Shown here one piece after another: positions 11,806 through 24,000 of a DNA stretch of 64,000 nt; position 1 is the stretch's first letter, and each line of letters opens with the position of its first letter. The translations under genes were made by a program, and so were the position numbers. The stretch covers positions 372,001 through 436,000 of the forward strand of contig NW_025767104.1 in NCBI RefSeq assembly GCF_003918875.1, given 5' to 3'. The notes under the pieces are model-generated. The model did not search any database. It saw only the letters and a program-made list of their open reading frames with translations, and was not told the DNA's origin. This DNA is from Haliotis rubra. Taxonomy: Eukaryota.

Positions 11806-14800
11806 TCAGTTATCATTTGCTCTGCTGTATCGCTCATAGAATCTGGACCCAGCCATCTTTTCCTCATACACACGGTAGTAGTCGTCCAGCATGTCCTTCG
11901 TGAACCAGTTCCTCCACTCGCCAGAAACACCTGGAATGGTAACGGTGAATCTATTGCCTGAGTATTGCCCAACACCTGTTTGAGTATCATAGGCTTGATG
12001 TGAGAGCGAAACCAGAAGGGACACAGGTCGCTTGTGAGAACTACTTTTGAGTAAACTGATTAAACCTAAAACTCAAATATCTTCCAACCTGCCTACACCA
12101 ACACGCACACGCACACACCTACATATACTCACACATCTCCCTATCCACCCATTCACTGAAGTACATCAGTAACAAGTATATATGGAATGCGAAATGATAG
12201 CTTTACACTGAAAACGTCTTGACATTTTATTCATAATTCCTTTAACAGGTGTAATATTTCTAAGAAAACTGAACCTATAGTATGGCCCAATATGGACCCT
12301 AATCATTCAGATGTATTCATGCTGTACCCTATTTTGTTTGATGCAATGACTTAATTAAACAAACACACAAATCGTTCTCACTCTCCGTTGTCATTATCGG
12401 CCTCTTCCAACGAATTTATAAAATTTGGACTCATTTTAATGCTCTGTGTTCAGTAAACCTTCAGGAATTGAGTTCATTTTTGGAATATATCTACCTTTCC
12501 AGAATAGGTAGCTTTCCCCATCAACTTTCACAGCATAGGCATCTTTGTCCACCTTCATCTTGGACATGTGACACTTTTCTGCAATGGACCTGCACAGATC
12601 GTCATTTCTAGGGAATCCTAAAAAGTCCGACAGTTTCTGTACAGCCGCGACTGGGTCCTGTAAACATGAAAAGAAGATTCATTTCAGACCAGTGCTCAGA
12701 ACACCCTGAAATTCCAATTTGTATGTGTCACTGTTTTACATAAATTCAGAGTATTAGAGTTGTTTTTCATAATATCCATATTAGCTTAGAACACATTGCC
12801 ATCACTAGTATTCACAGAGGTTCTATTCCTTAACAAATATTCCGCACAGTATTGTACTTCAAACAAAGTAGACATATGCAAAGTCTAGTCAATTGTTCAC
12901 CTGAAATAATTCGGGAACCCATGAATATAATAGTTACCTCTAGTGATTCCTCATAAATTTGATAGTGAACTGGTATGGCAGGATTTTCACTGAAATACTT
13001 CTCCGCATCTCTCAGTTGGTCAAATATACCGTTGTTGTCAACTGAAATTCCATAACGCAGGATTTGTGGTAAATTAGGTGTTCACACTTTATATGCACGT
13101 CTATTTTGAGGACTGTCCCTAAAGGTTTGTGAGATTAAAGTGAGTGACTGAGTAAGTTTAGTTTTACGCTGCTTTTAGCAATGTTCCGGAAAGATATCTG
13201 GCCATTCGACCTACGATTCAAACCTTATGGCCACAATACATTGCTAGGAATTTTTTGGAATTTTGAAGACATACACATTTGTGAAATATATGTTTCACGT
13301 ATGTGAACACCAACACTGTTCATAGTAACCCCACTAGTGAGTGAGTTTAGTTTTAGCAATATTACAGCAATATCACGGCAGTGAACACCGGAAATGGGCT
13401 TCACACATTGTACTCGTGTGTCGGATCGAACCCGAGCGAACACTTAAACCACTAGGCTACCCTGCCCCCGTCTTAGATTGAAGACAAAACAGAATGTCAT
13501 CTGCCTTCTTGAACATCAGATTATCTAGAATGGAAGTACATATAGGATGAATATTTGCGTCTTTACATCAACAGCATCAAAACGAAGCTTACCTCTTTGC
13601 TCAAGGAACATCTGCAGGAAGTCCTCGAATGATCCATTGTAGGCATTGTTCAGATGATACCGACCAAAGTGGATCTTGTACACGGACACAGCCACGTCTT
13701 TGGGATCCCGCATGGTGTAGATGACCCGACACTTCTTCTCCTTCAGGTCTGTTGGTGCTTGTGACATGAAGAAGTGGCAGTTGAGTACCCGAGGCGATGG
13801 CTGCTTGATCAGGTCGTCAAGAGGGGTTATTTCCAGATGGTCCTTAAACCTTGGGATAGTTTCAGCTTTGCCTTGGAGAAGCATGCAAGTCATTTCCCAG
13901 GTCCAGTGATTGCCTGCAGATGAAATATAGAAAGTCAATGCCAAAGAATGCCCAGTCTTCAGCAACACATTAACTCATGCGTGTCGTATAAAGGCTACTA
14001 ACGGCATCGGGTAGTCAGGCTCGTTGACTTTGTTGACACACGTTCTTGCTGTTGATCACTGGATCAGACTCAGCTATTCACGGGCCGCCGTTACAAAGCT
14101 GGAATTTTGCTGAATGCAGCGTTAAACAACACACATACAAAACAATATTTTCCACTATCATAATTATAACACTAAGGCGGCTTAAAACAACAGATAAACT
14201 GAAATCAGGTTATGAAGCATACCAGCTTCACAAGTTCATCCAAGACATCCTACATGATAAGTGACTATAAATATTCTGACCCGTTCGAGGATAGCCCGGA
14301 AAATAAATATCGTCCGGGCGAAGCTTGAAGTTTCGAACTTCCTTCAGGTTGCTGAATTTGAAGAAATTGCTGTTTCGGACACCTTGGAACATCTGAAACA
14401 TAATTGCCTGGCCATTCCTGTCCTTCTCGAAAATAATGTCTTGTCCTGTGAAATCCGCCTCCACCACTGTGCCATCCACCTACAAGAAATTGAAATCTTT
14501 GACAGTCAAGATCAAACAGGACCACGACATTAGAATATATGTCGAAACGTCGCCTATACAGAATAAAGAAGTTGTATATCCATAAAAATAGTCCTCATCC
14601 TTCGTTTTATGTACGTGTTGGAAACTATCATTGCAAACATACACTATTCTCAGAATTAGTTGATTTCTGATTTTTATTAGTGTCCTGCTTGATTAAACAC
14701 CAGAAACGGGCTTCACACAAATGTACCCATGTGGGGACTCGACCCCGAACTTTCGGCGTGTCAAAGTGACAACGACATTAGAATCTATGTCGAAACGTCG

Positions 14801-16814
14801 CCTATACAGAAGAAAGAAGTTGTATATCCATAAAAATAGTCCTCATCTTTCATCTACCCAACTTCTAGAATGCCAATCAATGAAGACGTACATAAAACGT
14901 CTAATGGTGACCACGATGGAAAAACATGGAGGTTTTCTGACCGTATGGTCCCTTTGACATTGATAAAATGATAGGAATACATGTTGATTTTATGATGATA
15001 ACTGCTTATTTAAAAAAACAGACTGAGTGCTTTTAATACAAAACCAAGTCTGTGCAAATATGGGCCTGATGTGTAGTGTGTCCCCCGCCGTGATATTGTT
15101 GGAATATTGCTATAGACCATAAAACCATACTCACTCACTCACTAATAACAGAACTGATGACAACATATTTGATCAAACATAATATATGATCAAACATTAG
15201 TTTTTCACACTTGCATGGTTTTCTTAAAATATATCATTTTTATATTTATCACCGTTATTTAGCCTTTAGGGCTCAACAGATTCGTACACTGGTTTGTTTG
15301 GAATGGTTTCTGGCATTGTGTACAAGATACCAATCAGACAATCACACTTGCTGAATTCTAAAATGGGTTCTGCCATAATAATAAATTATGATACTGAGTT
15401 TATTTTTATAGCGCTAAATACTCCAGGCACTAAGTGTCTGCTCCAAGCATCGAACGCCGTAATCGATGGTATACATTCACGTCAAAAGTATTGCACCCTG
15501 ATATCGTTAGATAATCAGAAAAGAAAAAGGTAATGATAAGACTGAAGTTGCATTGGCGGATGCAAGGTATGGGGGGGGGAGGTAGTTCAGGGTTTTTTTC
15601 ACAACAATCTATATGTGTCCACAAAATGTTCAATCATCATCCACAGCGCCAGGGTGGGAAATAAATCCCTTCATATCACAATGACAGTTTAGTTTGCTTT
15701 ACATTCATGATTATTTCACTGTACGGATATTGAATTTGGAACAGAACGCGCAGCGGTTAATGTAGGTTGCGTGGTGAGTGAGTTTGGATTAATGCCGCTT
15801 TTAGCAATATTCCAGCAATATCACGGCGGGGGACACCAGAAACGGGCTTCACACAATGTACCCATGTGGGGACAAGAACCCGAACTTTTGGCGTGACGAG
15901 CGGAGGCTTTAACCAATAGGCTATCCCACCACCCCAGTTCGGCGTGGTTCAATCTCCAGGTATCTTATCGCTACACTGAAAACGCAGTGTGTTTATCTCC
16001 ATTCTAACGTGCGGCTGCCTCGTTGGTAATGACGAAGACACTGAGTATTTAGTAGAATGTGGATGTGAACAATGGAACACAGATAACTGTCTTCTGTACT
16101 GATATCCATAGAGATTTTAGCAGATATTTATGCGTGTGGAAATGTTCTGGACGCTTCTTGTTTACAGTGAGTGAGTGAGTGAGTGAGTACGGTTTTATGC
16201 CACTTTTAGCATTATTCAAGCAATATCACGAGGGGACGCCAGAAATGGGCTTCACACACTACCCATGTAGGGAATCGAAACCGGGTCTTCAGCTTGACGA
16301 GCGGACGCTTTAATCATTAGGCTACCCCCACCGCCCCTCTTTTTAACAAAGTATGTGACCTAAACTTTGTCTATATCATAATACCTTCCTCGTCTATATC
16401 ACACACGTTGGTAGTGTGAAGCGCAGAGACAGTGACTTCGACAATGGCAGTGTACCTGTTTATACATTCCGATGATGATGCCTTTAAATCTGCTGTTTCA
16501 GTCAGAGGAGGTTGCTGTCACACCTATGACTAGAATCAAAATTGAGTTATGCCCTAATTCATGACGGAATAATGAATACATATCTCCTGCCTGGGTGATA
16601 AACCTTGAAATGTCAGCTAAATGTCACACTATAACGATACACTTTGTAGGTTAATACAGCGTCACCTCTACATACCGCCTCACTAGTAAGCCGTATCGTG
16701 GGCTAGAAGGGCACAAGGGTGAATAACACATGAGGACAATGGGTTGATAAACTGTAACAGTAATAGCATACGATCACTTACAGTGTACACCCCCCTGCTT
16801 GATGACTTATCCAT
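11806..16814 (-). CDS. Cytosolic-type sulfotransferase A (Sulfotransfer_1 family), ~314 aa, 6 coding exons
   Basis: Exons 16814-16782 (MDKSSSRGVYT), 14479-14281, 13913-13593, 13041-12938, 12657-12495 and 11930-11806. All GT-AG with consistent phases. Motifs GYPRTGNHW (5'-PSB), PRVLNCHF (catalytic His), RDPKDVAVS (3'-PB) and WKGVSGEWRNWF. Confidence 0.92.
15775..15935 (-). mobile_element. tRNA-derived SINE, family 1 (tRNA-Asp-like head, (ACTC)n tail); representative minus-strand copy
   Basis: Family consensus has A box TAGCCTAGTGG, B box GGTTCGATTCC, cgtcacg loop region and ggaatattgctaaaagcggcgtaaaac + (actc)n tail. Other minus copies at about 13337, 16168, 16997, 24567, 27435, 28990, 36755, 54700 and 60063. 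Confidence 0.9.
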
Positions 16815-18163
16815 GGTTGTAGCCGGGGCTTGCAAGATGATATGACGCCAAACACTGTGCTTGGGTCAAGGCGAGCGTTCGCTGTCTGTTTGTTCGGCGA
16901 TTAGACGTGACAAGAATGTTAAAGCTGCCCTGCCTCATTCAAGCAAATTAACCAGGGAGTGAGTGAGTGAGTGAGTGAGTCATGTTTCCTGTGTAGGTGA
17001 GTGAGTATGGTTTTGCGCCGCTTTTAGCTATATATACTCCCGCATATCACGGCGGGGGATACAAGCGGCGGGCTTCGCACATTGTACCCATGTGGGGAAC
17101 CCAGATTTCAGCGCGATGAGCTGACGCTTTAACCTTTAGGCTACCTCACTGCCCAAACATTATTTAAAACCTCCATGATTCATTATTACAAGAACCCGGG
17201 GAGTCATACATATTTTCAGTATTTATTCCACGTGTCTGTAATTGAATTATCTGGTTTATAAATATTTTAAAATATGTCTTACACCCGAAATATATCTTGA
17301 TTTAGATGCTTATAGGGTATGCATATACATTGTATTTAATAGCAGAACATTAATTATAATAGTTAGGAAGTTCAATTTTAAAGTCACATCGGCAGTATTT
17401 CAGCCATATCGTGACTATGAAAGCTATATATTGATAAAAAATATACATAGCGGTCGACAAAGGACAGTCAGATAACTAGAGTTACATTAATAAGTAGCGA
17501 GTAATCCTAAGACGACACAATATAGAAACGGGCTATAGATCGCCAGCAACTGAATACCGGGGACCATGGGGACCTACGGTGGTTTTGTTATCTGCATGGA
17601 CCCTAGCTGGCAATTGTACCCAGATTTAGCCATCACTTTAAATAACAAACAAACTACTATTAAAATTCATGGTAGGCCTCAAATACTTGCACCCGAGAAG
17701 ATCCATGCTTGTCGTAAGAGGCGACTAACGGGATCGGGTGGTCAGGCTCGCTGACTTAGTTGACACATGTCGCGCATCCCAACTGTGTAGATCGGTTCTC
17801 AAGATGTTGATCACTGGATTGTCTGGTCCAGACTAGATTATTTACACACCGCCGCCGTATAGCCGGAATATTGCTGAGTGCGGCGTTGAACCAAACCAAA
17901 ATACTTCTAGTGGGACTAATGTACCCTCTCAGGAGGAAAATACTTTTACAATACTTTAACCCCTTTGATGATACAGAAAGCACACACACAGATGTTAATT
18001 TAATCTAAGTATAATGAATAACATCTATTTACAAAACATATTATTCAAACATTCTAAATCAGTTCTATTTCTTTTTATCAATGATTAAATGAAATCTAAA
18101 ATTATTTTTAAAATCCTTCATTAATATGTCTGCTTCTAGGTTCTAGTGGAGAAGGCGTTGTTA

Positions 18164-19438
18164 CAGTAAAACCAGAAATTATTGAGAATTTAAAGAATGT
18201 AATTTTTTTTAAATTTTTACTCATTACTCACGTATTAAATGTGAATATTAGCAGAACATAACTCCAGATTCAAAGACAGGTGAACAGTTAGTATTTTGTC
18301 AAGTCACCATGGGCAGCAATGCAGGCTTCAATGCGGCGGGGCATACTACTGATCAAAGAAGTTAGAAAGTCGTGGTCCATGCTGTCCCAATATCGGACCC
18401 CCTCTTCTTTCATTTCAGCAATATTTGTCAGATTTTTCTTATTGACACTTTCCTTCATAAGTCCCAAAACATTTTCTATTGGATTTAGGTTAGGGTTATA
18501 GGTTTTGGGTCCGAAACCAGGCCTGTGAATGCTTTGAACGATGTTTTGGGTCGTTGTCCTGCTGGAAAATCAAAACATTTCAATGGAACACGTGAGCAGA
18601 TGAAAGTTAATGTCCCTCGAGAATATCTGTGTACCGCTCACTGTTCATATTCCCTTCAAATACACAGAGGGGCGTTGCCCCTAACACAGATATGCAACCC
18701 CACACGTTAAATTTCGGACTGTGCTTTGGGCGCTGATACAAAGGTTTTTGAGTTTGTTTGGTCCAGAATTTCAGTGTATTAGGAAACAGCCACACAGAAC
18801 TTTCATCTGAGAAAATCCCATTGTCCCAATTATAATTTCCATGGTGTAAGCACCAGTTCAACCTTCGGTCCTTTTGTTCAGGTTACATGATCGGTGATAG
18901 AATTCCTCGACTTTTCTACCAACCCATTGCATGCAGCTCAGTTCTAATTGTCTCCTTACAGAGAGCAACAGTTCCTCTATCAATCAAATCCAGCCTTAAG
19001 TTTTCTAAACTCCTTCGTTTGTTTTTAGAAACAAGAATACCAAGCCGCCTCCTGTCACTGACAGTCAATTTTCTGGGCCTACCTGCGCCTCCCTGGTGCT
19101 CAATGCCATATCCATTTGCAATATTTTTCAAAAACACGATAAACAGTGCACAAAGGGATGCCTGTTCTACTTGAAATCACTTTAGCTGATCTGATGTCCT
19201 TGTTATAATACTCTAAAATCAACTTCCTCTTCTCTAAATCATCCATACTGAGGATCACTGATAATGTCGTCTGCTAGCAAGTAAACAAAGGGGGATAACT
19301 CTTCACAAACTAATGAAAAAGGATTAACGGAGTTGTCTCTTGAATGAAACCAAGCACTTGATAGCTGGTCAAGGTTGTTTATACTAGAAATCCAATTAAA
19401 CATATTCCTAAAATTCTCAATAATTTCTGGTCATACTA
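18164..19438 (-). mobile_element. Tc1-family DNA transposon with decayed transposase
   Basis: TIRs (cagt...accagaaattattgagaattt) flanked by TA. Transposase fragments GRPRKLT..DRR, FSDES, QQDNDPKH and NLNPIENV. Confidence 0.92.
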
Positions 19439-21041
19439 TAAGTTAGCCATGCTGTCCGACGTGATTCATCGAGGTATTTTAGCACTGGTGAGGCAACACT
19501 TGTAGTCGATGAAGTAATCAACACCAATATACGTATACTGCAATGGTAATAGTATCGCCGACATTCACCAGGAGCCATATTGTTATTTACATTTTTACCA
19601 GAATAAATATAAAAATCAATATGTAATTCAAGAATATCTCATTCCTCAGCAGTTTGTAAGAGACAACAAGAATGTGTTAAGTAATCTCAGCATTGTGAAT
19701 GTCAGACATGTCATGATGCATATATACTACCCATCAAAAGTTTAGACTCATTAGTGTAAATGTAGTCACTTACTTTAGTCAACTGTTCTAAACTTGATTT
19801 TGCAAAATAGTCCATTCAGTTTAAAGGTACTGTTTACACATGAACTAATGTATTGTAAAACAAATTCGTCACGTTGAAAAGATTATTGTCATGAGTTCAG
19901 TAAACGATGTAAATCAGTGAAAATTGGCGAATTCTTAACAAAACTTTACATCAAAACGCAGCTGTTCACATGAACGATATTTGCACATGCTTTTTAGCAA
20001 TTTGATGCATGATCCTCGTACAATTCGTCTGCATAAGGTTTGCTGTTGGTTCCCCAAGTTAGTGGAGACATTCATCTTCGATGTAACCACATATATATAC
20101 ATAACATATAGTGAGTGTTTTAGGTGAGTCTAAACTTTTGATGGGTAGTATATGATAATAAATACTTTCAGTGAGAAGCATTGCCCTCTTTAGAGCTCGC
20201 ACACAATAGACCCTAAAACCTCGTGCAGCAATATCGCGAGTCGCATATGTCATTGGCGTGGTGTCCTTAGCTAATTTACCACCTGCATGGCATGGGCACC
20301 AAGCTCGGAAACTCACGTGCACCCTTCAAGTGACACATCTACTTATCATCATGACATCCTTTCCATAAAAACAATATTTCTGAGTGCACTCTTTTGCATA
20401 ACGGGCGGTATTTCAATGTTGAATTTCTCGTATTTCTCAGTTTTGCACAGGCCGCCATGTTGTTAGTTTGGCCAACGTAAAATTGAAACGCACATACTAA
20501 TTGGTCCGTTAGACTGAGATTGAGTAGAGTAGCAAATGAATTGACAAATGACCAAGGAGGGATAAATTGAGATCGCGAGAACTATAGGAATGAATCTTGG
20601 GGTTGTGAATGTTTACCGAGATGCGAGCCCTGGAGAGCCTGAGGATGTCAGATGGCGTCAGAAAAACATTATTACGTCACGAAGTCAGTACTTACAGACC
20701 AGATGACGTGCATGAGTACTTATCATTACTCGTTATCCAATTCAACTATCTGACTGGCGTTTTCCCATCAGGCAATATCCCATGCACGTTATCATGACGT
20801 AATAGTGTTTCATATGACGTCATCTGCTTCTCACGTCACGACCTGTTCACATTTTATTTACACAGAACCACAAACAAATGTCATATTGTTGTATAGATAT
20901 ATTTCAGTAAATATTAATCGCTAAAATGATAAATTCATTGTCCCTGTCGGTGTGTACATGAGCAGACGAAAAGGTAGGTTTGTTAATAACTGATGAGTAT
21001 ATAAATATAACAAATATAAGCCCATGAGCGGTGCACTTTTT

Positions 21042-24000
21042 TCAACTGTCATTTGCTCTGCTGTATCGCTCATAGAATCTGGACCCCACCATCTTCTCCT
21101 CATACACACGGTAGTACTCATCCAGCATGTCCTTCGTGAACCACTTCCTCCACTCGCCAGAAACACCTGAAATGATAAAAGTTCTACGCTAAACGGGACG
21201 ACTGAGTTGGGCTCAACGCCTGATTGATCACCATACTACACCAAATCCAGAAATTACTACCACAAGTACGATGCTGACCGTGTTTGAACGTCGATTATTG
21301 TTTGAGGGAGCATATACGATAATCACTTTTGATAAACCAATCATTAATTACGTTGTGGATACTTATGAACGAATATTTAAGTGTAATATCACAGAAGAAT
21401 AGGTATCGATGTAACGATATTCCTCTGAGGAAACGCAGCATTCCTCCTTTCAGGATTTACTTTAGGTGATTAAAACGTTGGCTCGTCACGATGAAGACCC
21501 AGTTTCGATCCCCAACATGGGCACATTTGTGTGAAGCCCATTTCTGGTGTTCCCCGCCGTGATATTGCTGGAATATTGCTAAACACTAAACTCACTCACT
21601 ACGGAGGGTACTATGAACAATTTTGGTGTTCACATACGTGAAATATATATTTAAAAAATGTGTATGTCAAAATTCAGAGTTATCAAGGTTCGTTACTGAT
21701 AATACCAATCACTAGATAGTCTAATCTGATCCAGACTGGATTATGTAATGGCCACTGTAAAACAAGAAACCAACAGAGATATGAAATATACTATTTAAAA
21801 AATAGAAACGCATAACCCACAAATTTGTTGCGAAAATGTTGTATTTTCAAACATGTATAACTCGTCCACAACTAAACTTTAGTACATGAATTTTTACATC
21901 AGTTTAGAAGAAGGAAATGTCTATACAACCAAGTGGATAACATTAGACAAAGGATACGTTGAGCGCGATGGTGATGACGTAGCACGGTCCCGACGTCGTG
22001 TCTCCTGGCTCTCAGTCCAATTTTTCTCAACCTGTTCCGTACAGTTTGACCGGATATTCTCCGAAGTCCAGGCACACTGGCTGCTTGGCTCTCACCCGTG
22101 GCAGTACGATCACACAATCGTAGTACCGGATGTACCGATCTTGTCCAGCAGTGGTGACTCGATATCTGCCTGTACGGGGACGGTCATTTGTTATACCTGT
22201 TTGGTTGTAACGATCTGCAAGCCGTGACATCATGCTCAGACTAACATTCAGAATCCCCTTGCAACAAAAGATTGGTAATCTCCAGAGTGCATTCTTGCAT
22301 AGGCAATGTTCCGTGTCGCAGTGTCAAGATGTGGCGTAGTGATTTGACCTTGAAACTCCTTCAAAACGAATGCCGATTTCCGAAAGTAATCTGGATTTTT
22401 ATAGCATGCTCTTTCCTGCACAATTTCAACCGGAAGCTGATTCTTGTTGCGTTGTGGCGATGCCTGTTTAATCCTTGTAAGAAATCTCATCAAAATCAAC
22501 ATTTTCAGGTAAAATCGATTTTCTACTTGTGCAATTGTGTAAAATCATGTTATCAACACTTTCGTTGCATATTTTGACGATTGTTTGAACACAGTAGGTA
22601 ATTAATATATTTTTAAAAACAAAATGCCTATGCGTTTCGTTTTTGGGATAGTATATATTGTACCTTTCCAGAAAAATAGACTATCCCCGTCAACTTTCAC
22701 AGCATAGGCATCTTTGTCCACCTTCATCTTCGTTATGTGACACTTTTCTGCAATGGACTTGCACAGATCGTCATTTCTAGGGAGTCCTAAAAAGTCCGAC
22801 AATTTCTGTACAGCCGCAACTGGGTCCTGTAACATATATATGTATGTGAGTTAGAGTAGAATGGACCAGCATGGATGGGTGGGAGCCATTTCAAGATCAA
22901 CACAATTACAACTCGTACAAGTCCATGTCTCCAAAACAACATTATCAAACCAGCATAGGCTCGTAAATCTCAAGTCTGGACTATAGTATGAGAGAAACTA
23001 AATTGCCACTTGAAAAGAGTATTTTCTTTCAGATACCCCAAAGCATGCCCCGCGACGGGATTTTACACTCTGCATCTGGACTATTGCTCGTTTGTGAAAG
23101 TTCGTGTGACTCTGTACTGCTTTCCCATTTCCCACAAGGATCGGTTCTGCGACCAGTGTTGTTTACGCTTTACACCAGAGATCTAGGAGATGTAATCAGT
23201 ACACATGATGTGAGTCACCATGTTTATGCTGATGACACCCAGTTGTCTGATTCGTGCAATCCCAGTACAGCAGATCGAATTTGGGAACGACTGTCAGAGT
23301 GTACAAGTGACGTAAAAACATGGATGACGACACATTTGCTCAAACTGAATGAGACGAAAACAGAGGCGTTGCTTGTCGGCACTAAGAAGAATCTTCATCA
23401 AGTGATGACTAACTCAGTCACAGTTTGCAACACTGTCATTCCATTTTCGAAAACTGGACTCTGATCTCTCTTTGAAAGCTCATATTGACACAGTCTGCAA
23501 ATCCTGTTACTTCCATTTGCGGAACATTAGCAGCATCCGAAGCTCCCTTACTACAGCGGCAGCTCATGCACTGGTGCGATCTCTGGTTCTCTCAAAGATT
23601 GACTACTGTAATAGCATCCTCTATGGACTTTCCGAAAAACTTCTATCAAAACTCAAGAAAGTACAAAACTCTGCAGCTCGACTTGTCAGCAAAGTTCCCT
23701 CTAGGATCCACATAACGCCTGTTCTTAAGTCTCTTCACTGGCTACCAATCAGAGCCAGAATTGAATTCAAGGTCCTGAATCTTGCCTACCAGTGTTACCA
23801 TCTTACGGCTCCAGACTACCTTGTTGAGCTAGTCACCAATCACAATCCTTCCAGAATGTTAAGATCGGCAGATAGACACCTTCTCACCATTCCCAGACAG
23901 AAACTCTGGGCATTCGGGTTTCGCTCCTTCAGCTATGGTGCTCCACAGTTGTGGAATCAACTCCCGACTGAACTCAAAATGTCTCCCTCCATTTACTCAT

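Noticed and set aside
14477-14479. Non-AUG (GTG) start or start loss in SULT A
   Set aside because: The GTG directly follows a splice acceptor, and an in-phase 33-nt ATG exon exists at 16814-16782.
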